The notes: generated from the letters alone by a model not told the origin. 64,000 nucleotides of DNA from an uncultured Gemmatimonadaceae bacterium (GCA_963740355.1 CAVUDW010000002.1:1440001-1504000); one strand, 5' to 3'; shown: positions 24,775-35,905, counted from the stretch's first letter. A program made the numbers and translations.

Positions 24775-25683
24775 ATGGTGACGTTCGAAAGTCTGGTCTG
24801 CGGGAACATCGTACGTCGCCACGCGCGCACCTTTGCGCTCGCGAGTGCGTTTCTCCCGCTCACCAAGCGGCGCGGCACCTATGCGCTGTATGCGTTCTGC
24901 CGATTGGCTGACGATGCGGTGGATCGTGCCGGCCCCGGTGGGCGCGACGCGGTGCGGGCGTCGCTGCGCAGCTTGCGATCGCAGCTCGACGATGCCCTGA
25001 CCGGTGGATTCGCCGGCCCGGTGATGCACGAAACGGCGTGGGCTATGCGCCGATTCGGGATTCCGATGGCGCCGATCGACGAACTGGTGGACGGCGTGGC
25101 TCGCGACCTCGACCCAACCGACTATCGCGACTGGCCCTCACTCAAGGCGTATTGCGAAGGGGTCGCAAGCAGCGTGGGTGAACTCTGCACGCATGTCTTC
25201 GGTGTGGTGGGCGGTGAGGGCAATCGTGATCGTGCGATCGCGTTCGCCCGGACGCTGGGGGTGGCGATGCAGGTCACGAACATCCTGCGCGACATTGGTG
25301 AGGATGCGTCCAACGGCCGGTGTTACCTGCCGGACGATGCGCTGAGTGCTGTCGGTCTGTCACGCGAGCAGGTCATGGCGCGTGACGTCGATGTGCGATC
25401 GCCTGCATGGCGCGCCATGATGCGCGAGTTCGTGGCACTGGCGCGCGGACTCTATCGCGAGGCGTTGCCGGGCATCGGGATGCTTTCGCCAGATTCGCGA
25501 CGCTGCGCGCAGGCGTGCGCGGTAGGGTACGCGGCGATCCTCGAGGCGATCGAGGAGGCGGATTACGACACGGTGTCGATGCGCGCGCACATCGGGTTTC
25601 GCCGCAAGACGCGCCTCATGCTGTCGCTCTATCGCGTGAACGATCCCGCGATGCTGGTGGCCGGCCAGCCAGCCGTCGCCTGA
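24775..25683 (+). CDS. crtB: phytoene synthase
   Basis: HARTF, LYAFCRLADDAVD, YCEGVASSVG and LGVAMQVTNILRDIGEDASNGRCYLP. Confidence 0.88.
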   Translation: MVTFESLVCGNIVRRHARTFALASAFLPLTKRRGTYALYAFCRLADDAVDRAGPGGRDAVRASLRSLRSQLDDALTGGFAGPVMHETAWAMRRFGIPMAPIDELVDGVARDLDPTDYRDWPSLKAYCEGVASSVGELCTHVFGVVGGEGNRDRAIAFARTLGVAMQVTNILRDIGEDASNGRCYLPDDALSAVGLSREQVMARDVDVRSPAWRAMMREFVALARGLYREALPGIGMLSPDSRRCAQACAVGYAAILEAIEEADYDTVSMRAHIGFRRKTRLMLSLYRVNDPAMLVAGQPAVA

Positions 25684-25695
25684 CGGCTTACGACG

Positions 25696-26532
25696 TCAAT
25701 CCGGAAAGCGTGAGCGCAGCCAGTCCGTGAGTTGACGGATTGGGGCGGCACGCTCGACCTCGTTGAACAGTTCGTGGTAGAAGCCATCGAAGCGCTGCGC
25801 CGTCACGAGTGACGCGGGCGCGGCGGTCGCGAAGTCCTGCGAGCCGCTGGGATTCACCAGGCGATCGTCGCCGGCATAGAGCAGGAGCGTCGGAATCCGC
25901 CACTGCGGTGCGGCACGCCGGGCTGCGTCGCCGGCGGTCATGATCGCCTTCGCCAGCCGCGACGACACCCGGTCGTGCACGAGGGGGTCGTTCTTGTACG
26001 CCTCGACCACGGCGGCGTCGTGCGAGATGTACTTGACCTTGAGCCCGTTCGAGACGGCCGTGTTCGGGCTGATGCGCAGCATGGTGCCCATCAGGAGGCG
26101 CTGGAAGGCGCTCAGGTCGGCTCGCAGCGCTGGGGACGACAGGATGAGGGCGTCGGCCGCCTCAGGGGCGTGCGCGGCCGCCCAGGCGGCAAAGGCACCG
26201 CCCATGCTGTGGCCGAGCAGCACCACCGGGCCGCGATTCATGCCACGGGCAAAGCTCAGCGTCTCCAGCACATCGTCGCGGATGGCTTCCTGCGTCGGTA
26301 CGACGCCGCGGGCCCCGGAGGTGCGGCCATGTCCACGCTGGTCGGCAGCATGCACCTCCCACCCGAACGCCGTCAGCTCGTGCGCCAGGTCACGATAGCG
26401 GCCGCCATGTTCGCCCAGACCATGCACGATGACCACCGTCCCGCGTGGCGGTTCCGAAGGCGTCCAGACGCTCAGGACGAGCTTCGTGCCATCGCGCATG
26501 TTGATCCGTCGTTCGACGGGGGTGATCGGCAT
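25696..26532 (-). CDS. alpha/beta hydrolase, lysophospholipase/monoglyceride lipase family
   Basis: VHGLGEHGGRY, DQRGHGRT, GHSMGG and FYHELFNE; start may be 26595. Confidence 0.85.
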   Translation of the reverse strand: MPITPVERRINMRDGTKLVLSVWTPSEPPRGTVVIVHGLGEHGGRYRDLAHELTAFGWEVHAADQRGHGRTSGARGVVPTQEAIRDDVLETLSFARGMNRGPVVLLGHSMGGAFAAWAAAHAPEAADALILSSPALRADLSAFQRLLMGTMLRISPNTAVSNGLKVKYISHDAAVVEAYKNDPLVHDRVSSRLAKAIMTAGDAARRAAPQWRIPTLLLYAGDDRLVNPSGSQDFATAAPASLVTAQRFDGFYHELFNEVERAAPIRQLTDWLRSRFPD

Positions 26533-26636
26533 CGATCGGGCTTCTGGAAGGGCAGGCGGAGGGGTCGTCGGCGACCGACGGTCGTCTGGCGCCACAGCGA
26601 CGACAGGGAGGATAGTGCCGCTGTCCCTGAACGCGC

Positions 26637-26672
26637 CACGCGCCCGGATCGCTAGTGCGACCCGGGCGCGTG
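26637..26672 (-). terminator. strong hairpin downstream of pufC
   Basis: Minus-strand CACGCGCCCGGGTCGC-ACTA-GCGATCCGGGCGCGTG, a 16-bp stem with one G-U pair; no clear U-tract. Confidence 0.5.
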
Positions 26673-26697
26673 ACGAGGGCGATGTACTGCGGAGTTC

Positions 26698-27870
26698 TTA
26701 CGGCGTCGAGCGGGCGGGCACCTGGGTCGCTGCGGGCATCGCAGCGGCGGGTGTGGTTCCCATCGCAACTTCGACTCCGGCTGCATTCGCCTTCATCGGC
26801 GCGACACTCAGCTTGGCGCCGACAGGCGTCGGCACCGGGGCGGTGAGTGGGGCACCGTCGTAGAGCGGCTTGCCACTGGCATCGAGCGGGCCAGTGGTCG
26901 CATCCCAGCCAGGAGCGCCCCAGAGAGCAGGGTAGTCCTTGACCATCTTCGCGCCATACAGCGGCTTGTAGATGCCGTTGTGACACGTGACGCACTGCGC
27001 CTTGGGAGCATCACCATGCTCGCCGAGACGACTGCGGGGATACACAGGCTGCAGCGGGTTCAGGTAGTTCATGTTCATGTCGCGGAGCATGGCCGATCCG
27101 TAGAGCGCCACCACGCGCTTCGGTGTCGACTCTTCCCATGACCCCATCGCGCGCGTGTTGTGACAGTACGTGCAGTTCACACCGAGCGCCTTGGACTGCG
27201 TGACCATCAGGGCGTAGGTGTTGTACGTCTGCCGGATCGACGTGCGATTGGCTGCGGCGCCCGGCAGCGGTTCCACCGTGTGGCTCTGCACACGGATGTC
27301 GTCGCGGTCGAGGTAGTGCCGCAGGATCTGGTTTTCGTTGCTGTAGAACCAGAGGCCATTCGGCAACGGCTGCCCGCGATGACAGGTGTAGCACGTGACA
27401 CCGGTGCCAGCTACATGTTGCGTGTAGTCGCTGTTGATGCGCTGCGTCATGCGGAGCATCATGCGAGCCACCAGCTTCGTGTAGATCGGCTGACCCTTGT
27501 TGGAGTCAGCCGCGAAGTTCGCGGTGTTGTGGCAGTAGGCGCAGTTTCCTGCGCCGCCGGCCACCCAGGAGCTCATGGCCGTCATCGTGCGCCCGAACTC
27601 GGCGGCGCTGATGTTGGTGAGCACCTGCACGTTCTTGTACTGTCCCATCGGGCCAGGCGGAGCCGGCGGAAGCGGTTTCGGAGCCTGGTTGTACGCCGCC
27701 GTCTTGGCGATGTCATCCGGGTCGTAGTTCGTTTCCATGGCGACGCCGCGGAAGCCGTGCTGGGCGATCTGCTTCGGTCCCGGCTTGAGGACATCCGGTG
27801 ACTTCTTGCAGGCGCCCAGCGCCACCAGCGAGAGCAGTGCACCGATGCGCACAGTGTGACGTGTGATCAT
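26698..27870 (-). CDS. pufC: tetraheme reaction-centre cytochrome c subunit (lipoprotein)
   Basis: Four heme motifs CAYCH, CYTCH, CTYCH and CVTCH; lipobox LGAC; KPLYGA. Confidence 0.95.
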   Translation of the reverse strand: MITRHTVRIGALLSLVALGACKKSPDVLKPGPKQIAQHGFRGVAMETNYDPDDIAKTAAYNQAPKPLPPAPPGPMGQYKNVQVLTNISAAEFGRTMTAMSSWVAGGAGNCAYCHNTANFAADSNKGQPIYTKLVARMMLRMTQRINSDYTQHVAGTGVTCYTCHRGQPLPNGLWFYSNENQILRHYLDRDDIRVQSHTVEPLPGAAANRTSIRQTYNTYALMVTQSKALGVNCTYCHNTRAMGSWEESTPKRVVALYGSAMLRDMNMNYLNPLQPVYPRSRLGEHGDAPKAQCVTCHNGIYKPLYGAKMVKDYPALWGAPGWDATTGPLDASGKPLYDGAPLTAPVPTPVGAKLSVAPMKANAAGVEVAMGTTPAAAMPAATQVPARSTP

Positions 27871-29381
27871 GGTGTCGTCTCCGCTGGCAGTACGACCTTG
27901 CCTTCGCTGGCGATCTCGACGCGGCGGTTGCGGCGACGGCCTTCCGGTGTGTCGTTCGACACCGAGGGCTTGGTCTGTCCGAATCCGCGCGACTTGATGC
28001 GGTCTGCGGCGATGCCGTACTTGGTGGTGAGCATGTCGCGCACACGATCTGCACGACCTTGCGACAGCGTGAGGTTCGCCGTCGGGTCGCCGACATTGTC
28101 GGTGTGACCCTGCACCTCGACCTTGAGCGTCGGGTACTTCGTCATCAGGGCACCGAGGTTGGCCAGCTCGGCATCCGACTCGCCGCGCAGGGCATCCTTG
28201 CCGGTGTCGAAGTAGACCGCACTCATGATGAACAACCCGTCAGCGTTGAGCGAGTCGCGCATGTTGTCGGTCGACAGCACGGGCTTGTTGAAGACTTCCA
28301 AGTCGCCGGTGAGTTGTGCACCCTGCGGCACGGGGAGCTGCTGCGGCACCAACCGGCCGTTGGCATCCCGCATCATGCCCGGGAAGCTGTCCGGCGCCAC
28401 GCCCATGTACTGGCCGCGGAGGTACGGAGCCTGCTCTGCCTTCACTTCGTACTGCACCGGGTAACTCGGTGCCACGCCGTGCTTCTGTGCCCACAGGAAC
28501 CAGTTGTCGACGGCCGTCCCGGTCAGGAGAATGCCGATGCCACCGGTCAGTGTGGTCAGGGTCGCGAACCAGAATGCCCAGCGATGGATGGATTCCGTGG
28601 TGGCGTTGAAACCCATCGTCCAGCGCCAGAACAATCCCATGCGTTCGCCGGCGGTGCCACGATCCGTGATCTGTTCGATTTCGCGTTCCGCGCCGTAGCG
28701 ACTGGCGGCAAGGACTGTCGCCGCGTGCATCGCGAAGAGCAGGGCCGAGCCGTAGAGGAACACGATCGAGAGCATGTGGAACGGATTGTAGAACAGGTTC
28801 CCGTAGCGAATGGAGAATGACGCCGTCCAGTCGAGGTGCGGGAAGATTCCGAACGGCACCGCTTCCGACCAGCTGCCGACCATGATCGGGCGAATGAAGC
28901 CCAACACCAGGTAGAGCCAGATGGCTGACGCGAAGGCCCAGACGATGTGTGAACCCATGCCCAGCGCACGTGTGCGCTGATACATGCGGACCCACCAGAG
29001 CAGGATCGCGAGCGTGAGGAAGAAGCCGGCCAGCAACCACCAGCCACCCTGATTGAGCGGCGGAATGTGCAAGCCGTACTTCGGTGCCGGCGGTTCGAGC
29101 GAGAGCCACGGCAGTTGGCGAATGAACTGGATGGGACTCCAGCCCACGGACCGCCACATGTTGAGCCCGATGATCTCGAACGCGATGAAGCCGAAAATCA
29201 GCGAGAAGACGCCGGTGGTGCCGAGGTAGATCGGCCCAATCTGCGCATCGCCGAACTTGCCGGCCCAGTAGTTGAGAATCGGCTTGCCGTCGCGACCCCA
29301 GGTGCCACCGCGGAGCGGCACACCTTCGTCGACGGGTGCGTGCACCTGCACGCGGGTCCAGAGGTTCTGATATTCAATCAT
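27867..29381 (-). CDS. pufM: reaction centre M subunit fused to a C-terminal OmpA-like domain (504 aa)
   Basis: [46 protein letters not shown] and ESIHRW; residues ~386-490 read [34 protein letters not shown]. Confidence 0.97.
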   Translation of the reverse strand: MIEYQNLWTRVQVHAPVDEGVPLRGGTWGRDGKPILNYWAGKFGDAQIGPIYLGTTGVFSLIFGFIAFEIIGLNMWRSVGWSPIQFIRQLPWLSLEPPAPKYGLHIPPLNQGGWWLLAGFFLTLAILLWWVRMYQRTRALGMGSHIVWAFASAIWLYLVLGFIRPIMVGSWSEAVPFGIFPHLDWTASFSIRYGNLFYNPFHMLSIVFLYGSALLFAMHAATVLAASRYGAEREIEQITDRGTAGERMGLFWRWTMGFNATTESIHRWAFWFATLTTLTGGIGILLTGTAVDNWFLWAQKHGVAPSYPVQYEVKAEQAPYLRGQYMGVAPDSFPGMMRDANGRLVPQQLPVPQGAQLTGDLEVFNKPVLSTDNMRDSLNADGLFIMSAVYFDTGKDALRGESDAELANLGALMTKYPTLKVEVQGHTDNVGDPTANLTLSQGRADRVRDMLTTKYGIAADRIKSRGFGQTKPSVSNDTPEGRRRNRRVEIASEGKVVLPAETTP

Positions 29382-29387
29382 TCGACA

Positions 29388-30218
29388 TTACCTCGGGGCC
29401 CAGAAGGGCAGGTAGAGCCACCAGTTCCACCAATCCTGCCAGCCGCGCGTCCAGAACGGACCGCTGAGGAGGATGCAGACGGCGCTCCAGAAGCCCGCAT
29501 TGAGGGCGAGGAAGAGGCCGAGACGGTGAATACCGATTGCGCCGATGGAGTAACCCACGGCGTCGCGGAAGAACGAGTTTTCATGTTCGCTCGTCTTCAC
29601 CGCTTCACCCTTCGGCGGCGCCGTCACTGACAGGATCAGTGAACCGTGCATCGCGAGGGCGAGGTTGTTGGTGAAGAAGAACGTGATCGCCAGCATGTGC
29701 GCCGGGTTGTAATGGAAGTGCTGGAACTGATAGCCGACGTTCGACACCCAGTCGAGATGACTGAGAATGCCGTACGGGAAGCCATGGCCCCATGCACCCA
29801 GCAACACCGGGCGGATGATGACGAGGGAGATGTACGCGAACACCGCGACGGAGTACGCCACGGGGACATGGTAGCCCATGCCCAGTTTGCGGCTGATTTC
29901 AGCCTGGCGCAGCACCCAGGCCACGAAGGCCACGGTCGCGCACATGGTGATGATCTGCCAGAGTCCGCCATCTCGCAGCGGCGCGAGGCGCAGCCCGTAA
30001 CTCAGGTCGGGCGGGGCGATATTGATCTGCCAGAGATTCCAGGTGGGGCCGATCGCTGCGCCATAGACGCAGAGGGCGGTCCCGAGTACTGCTGCAAACG
30101 CCGCCACCACGCCGAAAAATCCGACGTAGAACGGGCCAATCCAGAAATCGAACAAGTCACCGCCGAGGAGGGTGCCGCCTCGCACGCGATACTTGTATTC
30201 GAAGGACATCATCGCCAT
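29388..30218 (-). CDS. pufL: reaction centre L subunit
   Basis: [42 protein letters not shown] and GIHRLG. Confidence 0.98.
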   Translation of the reverse strand: MAMMSFEYKYRVRGGTLLGGDLFDFWIGPFYVGFFGVVAAFAAVLGTALCVYGAAIGPTWNLWQINIAPPDLSYGLRLAPLRDGGLWQIITMCATVAFVAWVLRQAEISRKLGMGYHVPVAYSVAVFAYISLVIIRPVLLGAWGHGFPYGILSHLDWVSNVGYQFQHFHYNPAHMLAITFFFTNNLALAMHGSLILSVTAPPKGEAVKTSEHENSFFRDAVGYSIGAIGIHRLGLFLALNAGFWSAVCILLSGPFWTRGWQDWWNWWLYLPFWAPR

Positions 30219-30261
30219 CGATTGTCGCTCCTTGCAAGCAAGCAGTAGCGCCGGCGTGCGA

Positions 30262-30321
30262 GGCTATGGCGCCGGATGGCTATACGTGGTCTGGACACAT
30301 GAAGCCATCCGGGCCGCAGCC
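30262..30321 (-). other. pufA-pufL intercistronic stem-loop
   Basis: CCGGATGGCT (30272-30281) pairs with AGCCATCCGG (30303-30312), with extended flanking pairing. Confidence 0.6.
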
Positions 30322-30333
30322 CGCGCGCCGAAG

Positions 30334-30528
30334 TTACTTGCTGGCCGGCATCGGGGTGAGCGCGTCTGCCGTCGACACCTTGGCTGCGTTCCCATCAGGA
30401 TCGAGCCAGTTGTAGCGTGTGGTGCTGAGCAGAATGAAGTGGATGACCAGCGCCAACGCGAACATGAACGCGAAGATGCCGACCATCAAACGCCGGGGGT
30501 CGAAGCCCTGCCACATTTTATAAAGCAT
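30334..30528 (-). CDS. pufA: LH1 alpha subunit
   Basis: [10 protein letters not shown]...[17 protein letters not shown]. Confidence 0.95.
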   Translation of the reverse strand: MLYKMWQGFDPRRLMVGIFAFMFALALVIHFILLSTTRYNWLDPDGNAAKVSTADALTPMPASK

Positions 30529-30538
30529 GGGTTTCTCC

Positions 30539-30739
30539 TCAGCTCAGGAAGCGGGTGGCGTGGTGCGCGGCGTCCATCAACTGTGCAGCTCCATAGGAGA
30601 GCGGCTTGCCGAGCCACGGGCGCCACTGCCAGCACAGGTAGTGCGCAATAGCGGCGAAGAACGCGAAGCCTACAAACGTCAGCATTGCCAACGAATGCAC
30701 GCCACGTGCTTCTTCGTCTGTCATCGGGGGCTTATCCAT
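30539..30739 (-). CDS. pufB: LH1 beta subunit
   Basis: [10 protein letters not shown]...[17 protein letters not shown] upstream of ATG 30739. Confidence 0.93.
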   Translation of the reverse strand: MDKPPMTDEEARGVHSLAMLTFVGFAFFAAIAHYLCWQWRPWLGKPLSYGAAQLMDAAHHATRFLS

Positions 30740-30859
30740 TCCAACCTCGAGAAATGGGGTGCTGCACGCTCCTGGCGCAGCGCAGGGCACGACATTGGAT
30801 CCCGTCGTGCAGGGTCGAACGATCCACCAGCTTGCGCCGGCCCAAACTCGAATCGTTCG

Positions 30860-30877
30860 TGTTGACCAGACACCACA
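30860..30877. promoter_or_regulatory. possible PpsR palindrome in the pufB/bchO divergent region
   Basis: TGTTGACCAGACACCACA = TGT-N12-ACA; single site lacking the inner C/G. Confidence 0.45.
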
Positions 30878-30891
30878 CCAAGAGGGCATGC

Positions 30892-31779
30892 GTGCCTGAT
30901 ACTGAAGGCCCACTGCCGGCACTGCCGGCAGACTGGCCACATATCGACTGTTCTTCGTTCATCACGGCCGCAGGACTGCGCTGGCACGTCCAGCGTGCCG
31001 GCAGCGGACCGACGGTCGTGCTCATCCACGGCACTGCGGGCGCCACGTTCACCTGGCGCGCCCTCTTTCCATTGCTCACGCCGTGGGCCGATGTCATCGC
31101 CTTCGACCTGCCGGGCCATGGCTTCACCACCGGCGCCACCACGGAGCAACTCTCGCTCGACGGCATGACCAACGCCGTCAACGCACTGCTCCGGGCGCTC
31201 GATGTGCGGCCCAGCATCGGTGTCGGACACTCGGCGGGGGCGGCAGTCCTGCTGCAGCTTGCGTCGTCCCACGAGGTCACACCACAATCGATCATTGGTG
31301 TCAACAGTGCACTCGTTTCCATCAATGCACTAGGGCAAATCATGCTGCCATTTTCACGCGCGCTCTTCGATGTTGAGAGCGTACGCTCAGCAGTCGCTGC
31401 ATTGCTGCGAAACGGCACCATCGCACGCACGCTGCTGCGCTCCACCGGCACCACACTCGACCCGGTGCAGGAAGCGCGATACGTCGCCATGCTAACCGAT
31501 GAAACGCGTGTTGGAGCGGTACTGCGCATGATGGCACGCTGGGACCTGCCGACACTGCAGGCGCAGTTCCCACGCGTCAGGGTGCCGGTGACGCTGGTGC
31601 ACTCGCGCAACGAGCCGTGGGTGCCATTCGACGAACTGCTCGAGGCGACCCGCACATTGCCGATGCGCTCGGTGATCGACGTGACCCCTGCGGGCCACCT
31701 GATCCCCGACGAGCAAGCACCGCGACTGGCCGAGATCATCGCCTCGGCCGTCGCGTCACTCGCTCCACGCACCGACTGA
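30892..31779 (+). CDS. bchO: BchO, alpha/beta-fold hydrolase
   Basis: DWPH..S.F..AAGLRWHVQ, HGTAGATFTWR, DLPGHGFT, GHSAGAA and MMARWDL; GTG start inferred. Confidence 0.85.
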   Translation: MPDTEGPLPALPADWPHIDCSSFITAAGLRWHVQRAGSGPTVVLIHGTAGATFTWRALFPLLTPWADVIAFDLPGHGFTTGATTEQLSLDGMTNAVNALLRALDVRPSIGVGHSAGAAVLLQLASSHEVTPQSIIGVNSALVSINALGQIMLPFSRALFDVESVRSAVAALLRNGTIARTLLRSTGTTLDPVQEARYVAMLTDETRVGAVLRMMARWDLPTLQAQFPRVRVPVTLVHSRNEPWVPFDELLEATRTLPMRSVIDVTPAGHLIPDEQAPRLAEIIASAVASLAPRTD

Positions 31780-31782
31780 CCA

Positions 31783-33240
31783 TCACGCATAAGCACCGCC
31801 GCGCATCGCTCTCCGCGATGCGAGCACATGATCGCGTGTGACCGATGAATCCTTCAGCTCGCGTGCGTCACGCTCCGCCAGGTCGCGAATCCGCTTCGCG
31901 GCCGAGATCCGGATGAGCACGGGCTGCTCCTCGAGCAGTTCCTCGAGCGCGGCACTGGCCTCATCCGTCCACGGCAGCTCCTGGTGCAGGCGCGACGGCG
32001 TGGCTTCCACCTTGTCCATGTCGCTGGCCAGCGGCAGGATGTTGAACAGCGCGTCGAACAACGCGTTGCACACTTCCTGGATCAGGTACGTGGCACCGGA
32101 GTAGCCCATGAACGGCGTGCCGGTGTGCCGACGGATGATCGCGCCAGGGAACGAGGCGGGGATGTACATCGCCCGCGCGCCCTGTTCCGCCATGTACATG
32201 CGTTCGTTGTAGCTGCCGAACATGATCAGCGGCGGCGTGGTGCGAATCGCGTCACGCACTGCGGCGTTGTCTGGCTTCACGCCCGGCCGACGCGCGAACG
32301 CGAAGGTGCAGGGGAGCCCCATCTCGGTCTCGAGAAAGTGCCGCACACCGCGTGAGTACGTCTCGTTCGCCACGATCGCGAAGCTGGCCGTTCCGAAAAA
32401 GTCCTGCGTCACACTCCGCCAGAGATCCCACAGCGGCTTGATGGTGGTGTGCTTTTCCTTTTCGATGAACGGCTCCGGATCGAGGCCCAGCAATTCCCCG
32501 AGCTTGCGGAGGAACTTGGTCGTCGAGTGAAGGCCGATCGGCGCCTGCAGGTACGGCTTGTCGAGCGACTCGCAGAGCATGCGACCGAACTCGCGGTACA
32601 TGCAGATGTTCACGTCGCCATCGACCAGGCGGGGCACGTCGGCGAGGTGGCTGCCGAGTGGGAACACCATGTTGATGTCTGCCCCGATGCCCTCGACGAG
32701 GCGGCGGATTTCCGCGAGGTCGGACCAGGTGTTGAAATAGCCGTACATCGGGCCGATGAGGTTCACACGCGGCTTCGCCCCTTCGGCGCGCTCCGTGCGC
32801 TTCGGCATCACACCCTTCTTCAGGCCGTACTCGGTCCACAGCCAGTAGAGTGCGCGATCAGCGGCTTGCCACTGATCTTCGTCGATGGTGCGCGGCAGGA
32901 AACGCACGATGTTCGTGCCTTCCGGCGTGACACCACCACCGATCATCTCGGCGATGCTGCCGGTGACGACGACCGCCGGCAATTCGGGATCGAGCGTCTT
33001 GTGTGCGCGGCGCATGGCGCCTTCGGTGCCGTGCTGCCCAAGCTCTTCTTCCGACAGGCCGGTGACGACTACCGGCAACTCATGCGGCGGGAGCGCATCG
33101 GTGTAATGCAGCACCGACGTGACCGGAAGATTTTCGCAGCCGACCGGACCGTCGATGACGACCTGCAGTCCCTTGATGGCGGTGAAGGCATACACAGCCC
33201 CCCAGTATCCACCAGCGCGATCATGATCGAGAACCAGCAT
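31783..33240 (-). CDS. bchZ: chlorophyllide a reductase subunit Z
   Basis: [26 protein letters not shown] and [10 protein letters not shown]; start overlaps the bchY stop. Confidence 0.96.
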   Translation of the reverse strand: MLVLDHDRAGGYWGAVYAFTAIKGLQVVIDGPVGCENLPVTSVLHYTDALPPHELPVVVTGLSEEELGQHGTEGAMRRAHKTLDPELPAVVVTGSIAEMIGGGVTPEGTNIVRFLPRTIDEDQWQAADRALYWLWTEYGLKKGVMPKRTERAEGAKPRVNLIGPMYGYFNTWSDLAEIRRLVEGIGADINMVFPLGSHLADVPRLVDGDVNICMYREFGRMLCESLDKPYLQAPIGLHSTTKFLRKLGELLGLDPEPFIEKEKHTTIKPLWDLWRSVTQDFFGTASFAIVANETYSRGVRHFLETEMGLPCTFAFARRPGVKPDNAAVRDAIRTTPPLIMFGSYNERMYMAEQGARAMYIPASFPGAIIRRHTGTPFMGYSGATYLIQEVCNALFDALFNILPLASDMDKVEATPSRLHQELPWTDEASAALEELLEEQPVLIRISAAKRIRDLAERDARELKDSSVTRDHVLASRRAMRGGAYA

Positions 33241-34874
33241 CAGACCATCTCCTCCGCCTTGCGCTGCTTGGCCAGCTTCGCGAGATGACGACGATAGTGC
33301 TCGCGGAACTCGGGACGATCGACCGGGACCTCTTCCCACACGCCAGCGTTGTGACCTTCGCCGACGCCATCGAAGAACGCCTTCATCTCGTCGAAGCGAT
33401 GCTGGTTGCCAAGCGCCGCGTTCACGACCGTGGCCAGTGAGCCAGCGCCGGCGGGGCCCATCAACGGGCGCGCCGAGATCAGGTTGGTGAAGTAGAGCGA
33501 TGGAATCGCGAGCTCCTTCGCCTTCTGCACCACCGGTGTCGTGCCGATCGCGAGATCGGGCTTGAACTCATGCATCGCGGCCAGGTCCTGCTCGAGTGAG
33601 GCGCGGAATTGCACGTGCACACCCTTCGCCTCGAGCCATTCGCGATCCGCCGTGCTCCACTGTGTCTTGGGACAGGCACTCCCGACATAGCGTACATCGG
33701 CACCGCTCTCCACCAGCAGGCGCGCCACCAGCAGCTCGGACCCTTCGTAGCCGCTCATGGTGATACGGCCCTTGATCGGCTTCGCCGCCAGCGCGCCCTT
33801 GATCGCGGGCAACACGGCATTCTGTGCCGCGGCAATGCGATCGGCGCCGACACCCGCCGCTTCGCCGATGTTGCGCAGCCAATCGGCGGTGCCATCGTGA
33901 CCGACAGGAGCGGAACCGACGATCGTGCGACCAGCGTATTCGAATTCGCGGAAGGACGCGGTGTAGAACGGATGAATGGCGGCGACGACGGCGCAATCGA
34001 GCGCCGCATAGAGTTCACGCCACTCGCGCGTCGGCACCACGGGTCCCGCCGCCAAACCAAGCGGCGCGAGCATCATGCCGATGCCGACGGGATCAGCCGG
34101 GAACATCTCGCCGACCATCGTCACGGTCGGCTTCTCGCTGCGACCACCGCGCGGTGCAGCCACCGGACCCTGCTCGGCCTCCGTGCGTGCGTACCGCAGC
34201 ATCGCGCCGGAGAGCACATCCTTTGCTTCCGCATGCGTCGGCACGCCGAACCCTGGCACGTCGATACCGATGATGCGAACGCCGTTGATCTCCTTCGGCA
34301 GCAGCTGCAGCGGCACGCCGGAGGCGGTCGGCACACAGAGATTCGTGATCACGATCGCATCGTACAGCGCGGGATCGGCCATCTTGAACACCGCGTCGCG
34401 GATGTCCTCGAACAGCTGACCCGTGACGAGCGTCTCGGAATTGAACGGCACGTAGCCCACCGTGCGTCGCGCGCCGTAGAAATGGCTGGTGAACGTCAGG
34501 CCATAGACGCAGCACGCCGAACCGCTGAGGATCGTGGCGGTGCGGCGCATGCGAAGGCCGACGCGCAGCGAGCCGAAGGCGGGACACATCGACTGCGGCT
34601 GGTCATGCGGACCCTTCGGATAGTCCACCGCATACTGGTCGAGGATCGCACTCTTGCCGCTTGCCATCGCCGCCGCCTTCATCTGCTCGGCGCCGGAATG
34701 GCAGCCAGCGCCGTCCGTGGGCGGGGCAGTGATCACCGGCAGTGCGCTTCGCCCGCTGCCCGCACCGAGATCGAGCCCGGTGGGCAACTGGTTGTCGTTG
34801 GCCATCGGGGCGAGGGCGGCATCGTCGTAGCCCGCCTCGCGTGATGGAGTGTTGATCATCTCATCGGCCGACAT
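33240..34874 (-). CDS. bchY: chlorophyllide a reductase subunit Y
   Basis: [32 protein letters not shown] and [12 protein letters not shown]. Confidence 0.96.
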   Translation of the reverse strand: MSADEMINTPSREAGYDDAALAPMANDNQLPTGLDLGAGSGRSALPVITAPPTDGAGCHSGAEQMKAAAMASGKSAILDQYAVDYPKGPHDQPQSMCPAFGSLRVGLRMRRTATILSGSACCVYGLTFTSHFYGARRTVGYVPFNSETLVTGQLFEDIRDAVFKMADPALYDAIVITNLCVPTASGVPLQLLPKEINGVRIIGIDVPGFGVPTHAEAKDVLSGAMLRYARTEAEQGPVAAPRGGRSEKPTVTMVGEMFPADPVGIGMMLAPLGLAAGPVVPTREWRELYAALDCAVVAAIHPFYTASFREFEYAGRTIVGSAPVGHDGTADWLRNIGEAAGVGADRIAAAQNAVLPAIKGALAAKPIKGRITMSGYEGSELLVARLLVESGADVRYVGSACPKTQWSTADREWLEAKGVHVQFRASLEQDLAAMHEFKPDLAIGTTPVVQKAKELAIPSLYFTNLISARPLMGPAGAGSLATVVNAALGNQHRFDEMKAFFDGVGEGHNAGVWEEVPVDRPEFREHYRRHLAKLAKQRKAEEMV

Positions 34875-34885
34875 GTGACCCTGCC

Positions 34886-35905
34886 TCAGACAGTATCGTA
34901 GACGACTTCGAGCGTCGCCTTGTTGGACTCTTCGCGGCCGCACATGTCGAGGAAGCTCGCGGGCTCCAGCACGACGTTGCGACCGACGGTGTCCGCGGAG
35001 AACAGGTTGAGCAGCTCGTCCTGCGAGAGCGGATGCGGGCGCACCGGCGGCGCGTCAGCAACATTCTGCGCCAGCTCGGCAAAGAGGTCGCCCCAGTCGC
35101 CGCCAGGAATGCCGATGATCTCGTAGTTCGCGCTCTTCTTCCGGATGTCGTCGTTCGCCGGAATCTTGGCGAGGATCGGAATGCCGACCTTGTTCGCAAA
35201 GGCCTCGGCTTCACCGGTGCCGTCATCCTTGTTGATCACGACGCCCGCCACGCCCACGTTGCCACCGAGCTTGCGGAAGTATTCCACGGCCGAGCAGACG
35301 TTGTTGGCGACATACAGCGACTGGAGGTCGTTCGACGCCACCACGATCACTTTCTGGCACATGTCGCGGGCGATCGGCAGGCCGAAGCCACCGCACACAA
35401 CGTCGCCGAGGAAGTCGAGCAGGACGAAGTCGAAGCCCCATTCATGGAAGCCAAGCTTTTCCAGCGTCTCGAAGCCGTGGATGATGCCGCGACCGCCGCA
35501 GCCGCGTCCGACTTCCGGACCGCCGAGCTCCATCGCGAAGACCCCGTCGCGCTTGAAGCAGACGTCGCCGATGGCCACCGCTTCGCCAGCGAGCTTCTTC
35601 TTCGAGGACGTCTCGATGATGGTGGGGCAGGCCTTGCCGCCGAAGAGCAGCGATGTCGTATCGCTCTTCGGGTCGCAGCCGATGAGCAGCGTCTTCTTCC
35701 CTTGCTGCGCCATCATGTAGGAGAGGTTGGCGAGCGTGAAACTCTTGCCGATGCCGCCCTTGCCATAGATCGCGATGATCTGCGTTTCCTTGGTGATGGG
35801 GCGCTCCTCAACCGGCTCTGCGTCGGGGGCGTTGGCTTCATCGCGGAGTGCCTGGTGCATCGTCGCGAGCGCATCGTCCTGCGCAGGGGCCTGCTGTGTC
35901 GTCAT
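34886..35905 (-). CDS. bchX: chlorophyllide a reductase iron protein X
   Basis: [24 protein letters not shown] and GGPEVGRGCGGRG; ATG at 35905 overlaps the bchC stop. Confidence 0.96.
   Translation of the reverse strand: MTTQQAPAQDDALATMHQALRDEANAPDAEPVEERPITKETQIIAIYGKGGIGKSFTLANLSYMMAQQGKKTLLIGCDPKSDTTSLLFGGKACPTIIETSSKKKLAGEAVAIGDVCFKRDGVFAMELGGPEVGRGCGGRGIIHGFETLEKLGFHEWGFDFVLLDFLGDVVCGGFGLPIARDMCQKVIVVASNDLQSLYVANNVCSAVEYFRKLGGNVGVAGVVINKDDGTGEAEAFANKVGIPILAKIPANDDIRKKSANYEIIGIPGGDWGDLFAELAQNVADAPPVRPHPLSQDELLNLFSADTVGRNVVLEPASFLDMCGREESNKATLEVVYDTV

Noticed and set aside
27867..28262. Separate ompA-like gene between pufM and pufC
   Set aside because: No stop separates it from pufM, and the internal Met codons are not followed by a signal peptide, so export would depend on PufM.
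30740..30940. pufQ or an N-terminally extended PufB (133-aa ORF)
   Set aside because: The extension resembles nothing recognisable, overlaps the bchO start, and a ribosome-binding site precedes ATG 30739.
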